Virus record (IMG/VR): IMGVR_UViG_3300037067_003771
Location: 1-64,000 of that record
DNA from: a virus
Taxonomy: Duplodnaviria > Caudoviricetes
Strand: one strand, 5' to 3'
DNA: 64,000 bases
Under the pieces are notes generated by a model. The model saw nothing but the letters and a program-made list of their open reading frames with translations. It searched no databases and was not told where the DNA came from. The position numbers were made by a program, and so were the translations under genes. Below are positions 19,591 through 30,199 of the stretch, one piece after another; positions within the stretch are counted from its first letter, which is position 1, and every line of letters begins with the position of its first letter.

Positions 19591-22500
19591 CTATGTAGGT
19601 ATAAGCGCCGGAATTCTAACTGTTATTGTACCATTAACAGTACAAGTAATAAAACTTGTTGTTGATGCGCTAACCAACTGAGTAATTGTTCCATTGTAAA
19701 CAAAATCATTAAACTCTAATGTGTTGCTATCAAAACCAAAAAATTCTCCATCATCACTAATTCCAAATCTTTTTGTTCCAGTGGCAGTCACCACATCATT
19801 TGCAACATAAAAATCTATATCTGTAGCCGCTACATATGAGGCATTACCCCCACCTACACATATAATTGAACTTCCAGAACCATTCAAAGTATAAAGTAAA
19901 GATGTATTATAACTAGTACTATAATGTGATGACGCAATTATACCATATTTGAGTACATTATTTGATCGGCTTGTTGCTGAGAAATCCCCGCCAATTTTTA
20001 TACATTCTCCACCATAACTAATATCTAAATATGCATTAGGAATTGCAACAGCCATACCACCAACACCCAATTTTCCGTCAGTACTCAATGTCATCCGTAA
20101 TGTTGGTGAAAATGTTGTTCCAGAAGTTCCAGGTGATGGATTAGAATACCAACTATGACTACCCAATAATTGCCAATAAAATGATGTTTGTTCATCCGCT
20201 ATATTTTTAAAATCAGAAGCACTCAAAAAAATATTCGCCCCAATAATAATATCCGAAGCATTTGGTAAACCTGAACGAATATATCCACCTTTACCAATAC
20301 CAATAACATCATATGATGTATTAGTATCATCTATAGTTCTACCAAAAGCTAATTTTTTTCCATAAATTTTAACGTCTCCACTAATTGAACATGTTGATCC
20401 ATCATCAAAGGTAATACTATTTCCAATAGTTGGAGTTGCACCATTGATATATTTTACATAATAATTAGTTGTTCCTGTTCCAAATGGTATTCCACTTGGT
20501 AAATCCGCTGCCGAAATATTAGAAGCAACATAATTAGTTCCGTTTCCCCGAAGATATTTACCACTCGTTGCGGCATCATTTATTCTAAATCCACTACCAG
20601 CATTTATAATATTTCCACCATCAAATTGTGTATAATACGTCCCGACTCCTCCCCTTATACGCATAGTCATTCTCTCAGAAACCGACAGATAATCACCACC
20701 AAAATAAAAACCAAATGCCGCATTACAAGCAGCATATGATGAATCTTCAGAATTATTATATGAAACAATCTTAGAAAAAATAGCAGAATTATCATTAAAA
20801 TTATGAGTAAATGCTATAGCACTACCAATCCCACCACTATAATAATCTGTAGCATAAGCATTATTAATATTTAATACCGTTGCGGCCCCAGCTTGATTGT
20901 GTACTATTTCTAAAAGATACCCTGGAATAAGTGTGCCTATTCCAACATAATCAGTTAATGTAGTAGGATATAATACTCCACTACCTCTATTCCAATGTTG
21001 CACGGTACTAATATCAGCAGACGTTATAGCTTTTGATGACAATACTCCTGTTTGCGAAGAGTAAAGAAAACCACTTGTATAATAATTAAATGTAACAATG
21101 CCACTTGATGAAACTCTTAATTTTTCAGAAAGTGTCCCATTCAACATTGTTGACACAGAAAAAGCACTATCTTGTGATGATGCAAATGGTGGAATTCCGG
21201 TAATATATCTCCAATAACTTTCTGCAACAAATGATATTTTTCCTAAATCAACATCATAATTTCCCAAAATTTGATGATATGCCCGTTGTTTAAATGATAT
21301 TCCTATTCCTGTTCCTGCTCCCAATGCAGAATCATATGTGGTGTTTAAAATGGTTATAAAATCAGAAACACTACCTAAAGTTCCTGAAGTATACAAATTT
21401 ATTTTTCCCGTAGCAGAAATATCCACCCCATCATCAAGTATTATACCGTTGCCTGTTGTCGGGATTGATCCGTCAATATATTTTACATGATAATTAGTTG
21501 TTCCTATTCCTATTGAAACACCATATGGCAAATCTCCTGACAATATAGGAGACGATTCAAAAACATTACCATTCCCTCTTAGATAATTTCCACTCGTAGC
21601 TGAATTATTAATTCGATATCCTGACAAACTATCTACAGTTCCATCAACATCAGCACTAATACCAACACCTAATTTATTGTAAATTGTCATATCACCAAAA
21701 TAAATATTATTATCTGGAATTTCAATTTCTTCTAATTTTCCAGATACCATAACATCACCATCACTAGATACAGCAACAAACATCCCATTTTTATAAATTA
21801 TAGATTGCCATGTACTACTTTTAGCATTATTTTTGTCATACCAAGTAATACCATCGATACTTATCATCAATACCGAACCAGACAATGATGTTACAACAAA
21901 CAATCCATTACCATAACACACACTCCTCCACGATGATTCCGATGACGCACTTCTACTAAACCAAGTAATACCATCATTTGATGTCATTATTCTATATGTT
22001 CCAGTAAACGCAACAGCCACAAATAAACCATTACCATATGTCACAGATTGCCAAGAATTATTTTCGGGAGAACTAATACCACTCCAATTAATACCATCAT
22101 TTGAAGTCATTATTCTATATGTCCCATTAGAAGCTACAGCTACAAACAATCCATTTCCATATGTTATTCCATTCCACTTATTATTTTCTGGCGTTGTTTG
22201 ACTATTCCAATTTATCCCATCGGTAGAAATCATCACCTTTCCACTCCAAGATGCCGCCACAAATAATCCATTCCCATATGTTACACAAGACCAATCCGAA
22301 GATTCTGAAGCGTCTCTTAATGTCCAATTAACACCATCAGGAGAAGTTATAACTTGATTTGTTTCAGTAACAGTAAACGTAACGGCAACAAACAAACCAT
22401 TACCATATGTCACACTGAGTAATCCACCAATTGAGTGTGTGATTCCCGTCCAAGAAATTCCATCAGGAGATATCATTATTGGCATTGTTCCATTATACGC

Positions 22501-22758
22501 AACGGCAACAAACAAACCATTACCATATGTCACAGAATACCAATGATTCAATTGTGCCGCTGATGTCAACAACCAAGCATTTCCTCTGTCTATAATTTGT
22601 CCATATACTTCTAATTCTGAATTTGGTGTTGCTGTTAAATTTCCAATACCAACACCTTCAAATATAGCATTACCAGAAACATTAATATTTCCGATTTGAG
22701 AAATCCCAGGGGTTTCTGGTTGTCTAATGACGTAATTTATTTGATCTGATTTACCCAT
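19591..22758 (-). CDS. Tail fibre with seven-repeat beta-propeller
   Basis: Seven W..(V/I)xYGNGLFVAV-type repeats; VGIGT..P..LLEI shaft motifs; internal ~65-aa duplication. Confidence 0.75.
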   Translation of the reverse strand: MGKSDQINYVIRQPETPGISQIGNINVSGNAIFEGVGIGNLTATPNSELEVYGQIIDRGNAWLLTSAAQLNHWYSVTYGNGLFVAVAYNGTMPIMISPDGISWTGITHSIGGLLSVTYGNGLFVAVTFTVTETNQVITSPDGVNWTLRDASESSDWSCVTYGNGLFVAASWSGKVMISTDGINWNSQTTPENNKWNGITYGNGLFVAVASNGTYRIMTSNDGINWSGISSPENNSWQSVTYGNGLFVAVAFTGTYRIMTSNDGITWFSRSASSESSWRSVCYGNGLFVVTSLSGSVLMISIDGITWYDKNNAKSSTWQSIIYKNGMFVAVSSDGDVMVSGKLEEIEIPDNNIYFGDMTIYNKLGVGISADVDGTVDSLSGYRINNSATSGNYLRGNGNVFESSPILSGDLPYGVSIGIGTTNYHVKYIDGSIPTTGNGIILDDGVDISATGKINLYTSGTLGSVSDFITILNTTYDSALGAGTGIGISFKQRAYHQILGNYDVDLGKISFVAESYWRYITGIPPFASSQDSAFSVSTMLNGTLSEKLRVSSSGIVTFNYYTSGFLYSSQTGVLSSKAITSADISTVQHWNRGSGVLYPTTLTDYVGIGTLIPGYLLEIVHNQAGAATVLNINNAYATDYYSGGIGSAIAFTHNFNDNSAIFSKIVSYNNSEDSSYAACNAAFGFYFGGDYLSVSERMTMRIRGGVGTYYTQFDGGNIINAGSGFRINDAATSGKYLRGNGTNYVASNISAADLPSGIPFGTGTTNYYVKYINGATPTIGNSITFDDGSTCSISGDVKIYGKKLAFGRTIDDTNTSYDVIGIGKGGYIRSGLPNASDIIIGANIFLSASDFKNIADEQTSFYWQLLGSHSWYSNPSPGTSGTTFSPTLRMTLSTDGKLGVGGMAVAIPNAYLDISYGGECIKIGGDFSATSRSNNVLKYGIIASSHYSTSYNTSLLYTLNGSGSSIICVGGGNASYVAATDIDFYVANDVVTATGTKRFGISDDGEFFGFDSNTLEFNDFVYNGTITQLVSASTTSFITCTVNGTITVRIPALIPT

Positions 22759-25616
22759 TATTTATATTCGTACCTCAGATTAGACAATGATATTTTTGCA
22801 ATTTCAGACCCCAAACTATATCCACCACGAACATATTTATTATTAGTATCTATTTCTTCTTCAATATTACCATTTGTATCCAACATATTCAATCTAATCA
22901 AATAACTCAAATCTTTATGAATTTTACCAACAACCTTTACAAAATCAGAAATCGGATCAATACTAAAATGTGAATTAAATGTGTTGTAATATGACACGGT
23001 TTCATTATATCCTAAAAATCTTCTGTAGTTAGTTACACTATTTCCTAAAATGTCAACATAACTATAATTATTAATATTGTTCATATCACTTGGCGATTTT
23101 TGATCTCTTGCTGCTTCAACTAATACATCGTATATATTTTTAATAAAATCATTAAAGAATGTTCTCTCAGAAATATAATTATTTAAATCTAAAACCTTTT
23201 CACTTAAAGTATGAATATCATTATTTGTAATTTCAATCACTACATTAGTAACTCTACTTCTAACTCTAAATGTAAATTTATTATAAAATTTTCTTAATTC
23301 ATTTACTTTTTCATATGAACTTTTATTCAAATAACTTAATAATGATGTACCAAAAAGATTTATAATATCATATCCATATTTGCTTAAAATTGGATCTTCT
23401 GAACCAAAATAAAATTTATTATCATTATTATTAACACCGGCGGTAATATCTTCTGGTACAATTTTTATGTCCGATTTTAAAATACCGACATTATCTTCAA
23501 TTAGATTTGTAATATTAGAAACTCTCACTGGAACATTAAAATCAGCATTCAAATCTAACCAACTATATATAGAATTATTAACATCCTTTTTAATTTCTTC
23601 TTTATCATATAACGATTTAACATAAACAGTACCTTCAACATTAAAATTTTGTATTATTGGTGAAACATATATATTTTTAATGTTCATCATACTTCTTGTA
23701 TTTAAATCTTCAACAACATCAGTTATTCTTCCACTAATTTCACCCTTATCTGTTACAGAAACAGAAAATAAATCTCTATTTGATAATGATAAATCATCTG
23801 CTAAATCTCCAAAACACGAAGTAATATAACAAGGTGAACTAGAATCAAAAGTTATTTCAAAACGATTATTAGTAGAGTCCCATGTAACAACAGCGGCCCC
23901 ATCATTAGTAAATGCGTTTTCTGTATAATTAGCATTATCAAAAGCATTAGCTCTTGCATCTTTAAATATAACCATCTGTTCATTTAATTTTGATGCTATT
24001 GTAGACATATCAGCATTGGTATTATTTAAATTAGATATATCAGCGGATAAAGAACCTGATGTAAAAATATTACTAGCATTATCAGTAACATCAGATTGAT
24101 ACCAAAAATTTAATCTAGCATTAACATCATAATTACTTGACAACAGTGTAACGTTTATAGATGAATCAATTTGACTTCCTGATATTTTATTATAATAACT
24201 TGTAATATCGTAACTTTTCAATTGATTAGCTAATTCTTGTCTTGTATAAATATTAAAATAACTTTGAGTTTGAATTTCATCGGGGTCATAATCCAAATCT
24301 AAAACCGCACTATCTAATCCTGTATTGGCAGTTTTTGAAAAATAACTATCACCAGTAAAATCATAAAGACTACCAATAACAGTAAAAAAAGACACATTGA
24401 ACATTTTTATGTCAGCAAAAACACCAGATTTATCTCGTTCTTCTTGTTCTCCCCAAGCCAAAGCATTTTTAACCGTAATGGGAGTTTTTAATGATTTCAA
24501 ATAATTTATATAATCATTTTTAGATACTAATCTTTCTAAAGAATAAAAAACTTTTGGTGCATTAAATTTAATTGAATCTATTTCTTCAATATCAGCTCCA
24601 CCAACTATATTAGAATTCATTTCAAAGGTGACTTTATCTGTGATATCAATTCCAGTATTAGTAAAAATATTTCCAGAATATGTTATTGTATTTCCAATAA
24701 CGCCGGTTTTATTTGCCACCGAGCCAGTTGTTGCTAAATACTGAACATACACATTATCTTCTCTTGTCAATGCGCCTTTTGAAGCAAATCCACCATCACC
24801 AAAAATAACCTCTATCATTTCATCAGGAGTAGTTCTAACTAAACAAATTTTTAACGCTGTAGATAAGTCATTAGAATTTAAAGATGTGCTATTTACTAAT
24901 GACCGCCTATCTATTTCATATAATGTTGTCGCATCTTTTTTATTTCCAACATAAACTCTTGTAACATCATTATGAAAATAATCTTTATCTCCATATATAT
25001 TACTAAACTCTTTATCTTCAATTTTATATTTTTGAAAATTTGACCCGACTTGTCTATTTGTATTTCCAACAATAATTTTTTCTCTAATTTCTCCTTGAGC
25101 AATATCAATAAAATTATCAAATGAATCCTTTGTTATATCTAAAGAGAAATTTGTTGTTTCAGAAATCATTTGTGAAACAATTGTTGAACTAACATTATAA
25201 GTAAACGTATTTATTAAAACAAAATCTGTTCCATTTATTGTAAATTTTCCATAATATGGAATTTGAATTTTATTGTCCGCTGTTGGACTTGAATCAAAAA
25301 CATCAGTAAAATCTCCAGATAATTTAATTTTTAATTTTGCCGTTGCTGGTGTTGCTCTTGTTACAACATAACCCAATTGTCTAGCTAATAAAATAATAGA
25401 ACTTTTTAATTGTGCTGTATCAAAAAAGCATTCTTCTGCTCTACGTTGTAATAAATAATTTGTTATGTCCGTTGTTCCGGCAAATAATTCAATTAAAGTT
25501 TGAAATATTGCCGATTCTCTTGGGTTATCAAATCTAGTATCCGCAGATATTTTATCCCGTATTTGAGATAAAATTTCATCATACGTCAAATTCGTATATT
25601 TTAAAAAGTTTGCCAT
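22758..25616 (-). CDS. Baseplate wedge subunit, T4 gp6-like
   Basis: ECFFDTAQLKSSIILLARQLGY; VIFGDG; GGADIEEIDSIKFNAP; RLVSKNDY; AWGEQE. Confidence 0.9.
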   Translation of the reverse strand: MANFLKYTNLTYDEILSQIRDKISADTRFDNPRESAIFQTLIELFAGTTDITNYLLQRRAEECFFDTAQLKSSIILLARQLGYVVTRATPATAKLKIKLSGDFTDVFDSSPTADNKIQIPYYGKFTINGTDFVLINTFTYNVSSTIVSQMISETTNFSLDITKDSFDNFIDIAQGEIREKIIVGNTNRQVGSNFQKYKIEDKEFSNIYGDKDYFHNDVTRVYVGNKKDATTLYEIDRRSLVNSTSLNSNDLSTALKICLVRTTPDEMIEVIFGDGGFASKGALTREDNVYVQYLATTGSVANKTGVIGNTITYSGNIFTNTGIDITDKVTFEMNSNIVGGADIEEIDSIKFNAPKVFYSLERLVSKNDYINYLKSLKTPITVKNALAWGEQEERDKSGVFADIKMFNVSFFTVIGSLYDFTGDSYFSKTANTGLDSAVLDLDYDPDEIQTQSYFNIYTRQELANQLKSYDITSYYNKISGSQIDSSINVTLLSSNYDVNARLNFWYQSDVTDNASNIFTSGSLSADISNLNNTNADMSTIASKLNEQMVIFKDARANAFDNANYTENAFTNDGAAVVTWDSTNNRFEITFDSSSPCYITSCFGDLADDLSLSNRDLFSVSVTDKGEISGRITDVVEDLNTRSMMNIKNIYVSPIIQNFNVEGTVYVKSLYDKEEIKKDVNNSIYSWLDLNADFNVPVRVSNITNLIEDNVGILKSDIKIVPEDITAGVNNNDNKFYFGSEDPILSKYGYDIINLFGTSLLSYLNKSSYEKVNELRKFYNKFTFRVRSRVTNVVIEITNNDIHTLSEKVLDLNNYISERTFFNDFIKNIYDVLVEAARDQKSPSDMNNINNYSYVDILGNSVTNYRRFLGYNETVSYYNTFNSHFSIDPISDFVKVVGKIHKDLSYLIRLNMLDTNGNIEEEIDTNNKYVRGGYSLGSEIAKISLSNLRYEYK

Positions 25617-25619
25617 TTG

Positions 25620-26009
25620 TTATCCTATTATTTTCTTGTTAAATTCTGCCTTTATGCTTTTACCATTTATAATATATGGAATTGTTATCGTTGCTGAATT
25701 TTGATCCGGATTAACCATTAACCTAACTTCAGATTCTAAAATTGTTATCCTTGTTTCCCATTTTTTAATTGAATTTACTGTATCATCAATTAACATCTCT
25801 AAAAATCCATTATCAATATTATCAAATATTCTTAGTTGAAAATCAGAACCAAATGATGGATTAAATAATCTCTCACCTCTCAATGTTGTCAAAATTAATT
25901 CAATAGATTGATTGATGACATCAACATCATTAATCTCGCCGTCTCGATTCATATCTAAACTGAGATCATATGCCCATTTGTTAGTATATTGATAAATATT
26001 TAATGCCAT
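25620..26009 (-). CDS. Baseplate protein, T4 gp25-like
   Basis: INQSIELILTTLRGERLFNPSFGS...WETRI. Confidence 0.9.
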   Translation of the reverse strand: MALNIYQYTNKWAYDLSLDMNRDGEINDVDVINQSIELILTTLRGERLFNPSFGSDFQLRIFDNIDNGFLEMLIDDTVNSIKKWETRITILESEVRLMVNPDQNSATITIPYIINGKSIKAEFNKKIIG

Positions 26010-26013
26010 TTAA

Positions 26014-26313
26014 TCAAACTTTCTTTCTATTTTTCCACCAACTATCTAAATCTATTAATGTTTCTGTTCCATCATCATTAATTTTATAAGACCTATCACA
26101 ATATATTTTTACGATTGGATATTCACTAGATGTATAATCAAATGGAGACAATTCCACTTTACGAACATCACAATTTTTTATTCCTTCACCAAAAACTTGA
26201 AACATCCACGGTTTATGTTTACCAAACTCTACTTTATTTCCTTCTCCATCATACCATTCAAATCTCACCTCATTTAATGGTTTTTCTACTATGTATTTTT
26301 CTAATCGTTCCAT
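26014..26313 (-). CDS. Hypothetical protein, possible internal head protein
   Basis: MERLEKYIVEKPLNE leader; own late promoter. Confidence 0.55.
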   Translation of the reverse strand: MERLEKYIVEKPLNEVRFEWYDGEGNKVEFGKHKPWMFQVFGEGIKNCDVRKVELSPFDYTSSEYPIVKIYCDRSYKINDDGTETLIDLDSWWKNRKKV

Positions 26314-26333
26314 ATCATATTCCTCATTATAAG

Positions 26334-26341
26334 TATTTATA
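26334..26341 (-). promoter_or_regulatory. T4-type late promoter
   Basis: Intergenic TATAAATACTT. Confidence 0.7.
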
Positions 26342-26342
26342 T

Positions 26343-26762
26343 TTATTGTATGTAAGGACTTTTAATTGTTACAGGGACAATATTTAAAACACCAGCGGCT
26401 TGTCCAGTAACAACATTTACAAACGACCCAATTGGAATTGAAACTTCCAAATTATTTTTTATATGAGTTATAATTTCATCCACAACAGAACTAACAACTC
26501 GATCTACTATAATTTCTATTATAGCTTCAATTCCTGTATATTCATTCAAATTTCCTGGAATAACTTTAGATATATTTTTTACCATTTTAGGGTCTGATGA
26601 ATCAAATGGTTTTATTGTCTCATCTTTTGTTTTTCCTGTTTCAGTATCAACAGACTTATAAGTCATTTCAACTTTTTTTAAATTATCTAAAATTTCTTTT
26701 TGTAATTTTAAATTTATTTTAGTGCCTAAAATTTTTTCTTTTAAAACTGCGCTATTTAACAT
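26343..26762 (-). CDS. Hypothetical baseplate-region protein
   Basis: 139-aa ORF directly downstream of the spike gene. Confidence 0.55.
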   Translation of the reverse strand: MLNSAVLKEKILGTKINLKLQKEILDNLKKVEMTYKSVDTETGKTKDETIKPFDSSDPKMVKNISKVIPGNLNEYTGIEAIIEIIVDRVVSSVVDEIITHIKNNLEVSIPIGSFVNVVTGQAAGVLNIVPVTIKSPYIQ

Positions 26763-26763
26763 A

Positions 26764-27423
26764 TTAAAATCCTGGGGAGCATTTTGTTCCTGTGTGAGGA
26801 GTTCCGGTTATAACACAACTAGGCAAAGCACAAAATGGCCCTTGACCTTCTGGTATAACGGCACCACCATTATCAGTTAAAAATAATCCGTGTTTAAGAT
26901 TAATACTGCCTTTGCTATCAATTGTTACATTTCCAATAGCATCTATTTCAATTTTAGTTCCGCTTGAATGTTCAAACAAAACAGATTTTCTTCTTCTATT
27001 AATTTCAAATTTATCACCATTATCAGTTTCAAAAAATATCATATTGTCAGGATAATCCACATTCTTATTTGTTGGCATTTTACTTTTATTTATAACTTTT
27101 TTTCTGTATATAGGGAAATAAATATCACCATTTTGATAATAAAACCAAACAACAGCACCAATAGGAGGGATTATAAGCGATCCCTTTAAACTACCAACAA
27201 AATCTTGTTCAGGTAATGCCCACGGCAAATCTTTATCTTGAATTTCACTATTAGATTCTAAACTTTTTATTTTACATCTGCCTAATTTTTCGGGGTCTTT
27301 ATTGTCTACTACCTTACCGATAAACTCATAATCCAATTCACCACTATAAGAAGACAAATATTCATCAAATGTTCTTCCTATATCAGTCATCAAACTTTTT
27401 TTTATAAAATCATTATTTTCCAT
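26764..27423 (-). CDS. Baseplate central spike, gp5/VgrG OB-fold type, no lysozyme
   Basis: GKVVDNKDPEKLGRCKI; LPWALP; PPIGAVVW; EHSSGTKIEID; C-terminal CALPSCVITGTPH. Confidence 0.85.
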   Translation of the reverse strand: MENNDFIKKSLMTDIGRTFDEYLSSYSGELDYEFIGKVVDNKDPEKLGRCKIKSLESNSEIQDKDLPWALPEQDFVGSLKGSLIIPPIGAVVWFYYQNGDIYFPIYRKKVINKSKMPTNKNVDYPDNMIFFETDNGDKFEINRRRKSVLFEHSSGTKIEIDAIGNVTIDSKGSINLKHGLFLTDNGGAVIPEGQGPFCALPSCVITGTPHTGTKCSPGF

Positions 27424-27500
27424 TTTTCTTATTTTTCTTTATTATTTTTTTAATAAATTTAAAAATTGAAATGAAATTTATTTTTATTGTAGTTTCTTTT

Positions 27501-28712
27501 TTAATTAATGTCAAAATGTTTTATTGTTCCTGCTTTATTAATACCATATCGTGATAACATAATCTGTTTTTGCAATTGATTTCCTGATGTAACATTATAT
27601 GTAATTGCAGTCACTAAATATACTCCGGAATAAACATCATTAATTTCACCACCCCTAAAAAATGTGGATGGTAAAGCAACATTGATTTTATCAAACAATT
27701 TTACTTTTGTGGATGAATTAATATTCATTGTCATAGATACAGAAAATAAATTGTTTTTATAAAAAATATTTTGATTTATAGCTTTAAAGTAGTCCTTAAA
27801 CACATTAGGATTACTCATCATTCCCATATTACTTTGTATACAATCTTTCCCATCATAATCTTTACTTTTATTTAATAAATCAGTAATCTTTTTTATACTT
27901 GTAATAGTTTCATTTTTCATGTTTCCATTTAAATCATAATAACAATATCGCATCCCGTAATTACTTATATTATTGTAAATTTCAGTTAAATTTAATAAAT
28001 CATAACTATCATAATATAAAATATCGTTTTCATCATCTGCCATAACAAAATTCTCTGTTCTACCTCTATCATATCTTGCAATAAATGTATTTTCTTTATC
28101 TATCTCTTTATTTAATGATGTATATATAAAATTATTATCTACGTTCCCATAAAAAAATATAGTGTCCTTATCTACATATGATCTTTTCAAAATATGATTT
28201 ATAAAATTAAAATTATTAGAATCTTGATACCAAATCATTTTATCGCTTGATTTTACATTATGAATATTATTAAAATCTACTTTACTTTCCTTAGAAATTC
28301 TTTTTAATACATCTTCAGAATTTCCACTAAAACTTCTAGTTCTATGTGGAACAAACATATTCTCCACATATAAATAACCAATAATTTTTATTTTATTATA
28401 TTGATTATCTTCTGGACTTGCATGAGAAATAAAACTACTTATTATAAAATCTAATGTTATTCCTTCTTCTTCTTTTGTTGACGATAATGTTATTGATATA
28501 ATATCTTTATCAACAATAGGAATAGATTCTATTAAATCACCCGAATCATAAACGACCATTTCTAATCTTGGTAATATAGATAAAACATTCTCTTTTATTG
28601 TTAAATATTCTATATTGTCCGATGGAAAAGAAACGTGTGCTTGATCTGATAAATTACTATTTTTATTTTTTATCTTTATTTCAAGATAAAAATGCTTTGC
28701 TGGAACACTCAT
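27501..28712 (-). CDS. Baseplate hub protein, gp27-like
   Basis: ~400 aa; between gp53-like and gp5-like genes; YSGVYLVTAITY motif. Confidence 0.7.
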   Translation of the reverse strand: MSVPAKHFYLEIKIKNKNSNLSDQAHVSFPSDNIEYLTIKENVLSILPRLEMVVYDSGDLIESIPIVDKDIISITLSSTKEEEGITLDFIISSFISHASPEDNQYNKIKIIGYLYVENMFVPHRTRSFSGNSEDVLKRISKESKVDFNNIHNVKSSDKMIWYQDSNNFNFINHILKRSYVDKDTIFFYGNVDNNFIYTSLNKEIDKENTFIARYDRGRTENFVMADDENDILYYDSYDLLNLTEIYNNISNYGMRYCYYDLNGNMKNETITSIKKITDLLNKSKDYDGKDCIQSNMGMMSNPNVFKDYFKAINQNIFYKNNLFSVSMTMNINSSTKVKLFDKINVALPSTFFRGGEINDVYSGVYLVTAITYNVTSGNQLQKQIMLSRYGINKAGTIKHFDIN

Positions 28713-29035
28713 TATTTAACTTTCGATTTAAACTCTAAATAATAATCTTCAATATCTTGTACATCTGGAATTGCTATATCCATTCCTACATAAACATCAT
28801 TAAACCAATCATCAATTCTATTGTATTTTGAAATTATCCACCAATAAGTAATATTTCTATATAATCTTAATGAAAATAAATCCGGTCGTTTTAAATCTGT
28901 TTGTCTAATAATATCAAAACGTAATGGTCTTTTTATTTTAAATAAATCCCAATGAGACATTATCAAATCTTTTTCTAAACCATTTTCGGTTTCTACTGTC
29001 GGCAAAAAATTTGTTCTTTTATATTTATTAAACAT
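28712..29035 (-). CDS. Baseplate wedge protein, gp53/LysM-like
   Basis: RPDLFSLRLY...YWWII..YN.I...G..I.IP. Confidence 0.8.
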   Translation of the reverse strand: MFNKYKRTNFLPTVETENGLEKDLIMSHWDLFKIKRPLRFDIIRQTDLKRPDLFSLRLYRNITYWWIISKYNRIDDWFNDVYVGMDIAIPDVQDIEDYYLEFKSKVK

Positions 29036-29052
29036 TTTTACTTTAACCTATT

Positions 29053-30180
29053 TTAAAATTGAATACCAGTTCCACCATTAGTAATTTTCCAACCGTTACT
29101 TAAAGATTTTCCTACAAATGATGTGGAATCTTGGTAAGTTTTTATCACTTTATCATATTGATCTTTCACATCATTATTTATTTGTGTTGCAGTTCCTTTT
29201 ATATTTGCATTTTGTTGTGTTGCCGCATTTTGTTGTATTGTAACTCTACCGGCTAAATCAGTAGGAAATAATAAACCCGTATCTTCAATCCCATTCATAA
29301 TTTTTCTTGATGATGCTTTTATTCTTATATCAACAAACATTGGGCCATATCTTGTTACTTCTTTTGAAAACTCAAAATTAACATCATCGATAACCATATC
29401 TGGATGATAAAAATATTGACCGATCTGAATCATAACTGGAGGCGGTGCATCTTTTAATGTAAAATAATCATGAAGATCATCAAAAATATTATCACTAAAT
29501 GTAAACGCTTTGTCCGTTGCTTCATCTATAATACCATTAGCAAAATTTTTAGATGTATCAATAATAGAAGATGCAGTTGGATTATCAACTATCTTTTCAG
29601 CTAAATTTGCTGTACCATTAACCACATTGTGAGCAGTCTCTTTTGTTAAAGCAACTATTTCTGCTTGGTGTTGTGTGATCCATTGTTTGGCATCTGAAAT
29701 TGATTTTCCTAAATCATTATCTCTTATTCCTGGTAAACAATATTTTATAATATTCAATGCAGACCTAATCGGTTGACCATTACCGCCCCAATCAACAATT
29801 CTAAATTCAGGAGAAATGTCTAAATACCCACTTTTTTTCCATAATTTTTTAGATGAATATAATGCACCCAATTCTCCACTCTCGGCCATTTCAGATATTG
29901 AACTTGCACCATCTATAAAACCACTAAATAATTTTGCATGACCCCTAGCATCCCATTGTGATGAAATTCCAAATTCTACATTCTTTTTTGTAACGCCAAA
30001 TACAGTCGCCAATTTATTTCTATTTTTATTATAATAATAAAAATTTGGAGATATTCTAATAACACTATGTCCTGCGGCTTTATATACACTATTACTTCCT
30101 ATTGTTCTTGATGCAACAGTAGCATCTATCCAAGAACGTTCGTTAAATAGTGATAATTTATCCCAATTGTCATTAGCCAT
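29053..30180 (-). CDS. Probable tail tube initiator (gp48/gp54-like)
   Basis: PPPVMIQIG..F..MVIDDVNFEFS..GP motif; follows the tape measure gene. Confidence 0.55.
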   Translation of the reverse strand: MANDNWDKLSLFNERSWIDATVASRTIGSNSVYKAAGHSVIRISPNFYYYNKNRNKLATVFGVTKKNVEFGISSQWDARGHAKLFSGFIDGASSISEMAESGELGALYSSKKLWKKSGYLDISPEFRIVDWGGNGQPIRSALNIIKYCLPGIRDNDLGKSISDAKQWITQHQAEIVALTKETAHNVVNGTANLAEKIVDNPTASSIIDTSKNFANGIIDEATDKAFTFSDNIFDDLHDYFTLKDAPPPVMIQIGQYFYHPDMVIDDVNFEFSKEVTRYGPMFVDIRIKASSRKIMNGIEDTGLLFPTDLAGRVTIQQNAATQQNANIKGTATQINNDVKDQYDKVIKTYQDSTSFVGKSLSNGWKITNGGTGIQF

Positions 30181-30199
30181 AATTTCCCTTTAAATGCCC

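Noticed and set aside
21760-22560. DGR template/variable repeats or a CRISPR array in the fibre gene
   Set aside because: The repeats are in-frame propeller blades with scattered divergence; no reverse transcriptase is in the window.
13449-22766. TATAAATA matches inside coding regions (e.g. 13449, 22759)
   Set aside because: Expected by chance at this AT content; apart from the low-confidence box in the tnpB 3' end, only intergenic, correctly placed boxes were called.
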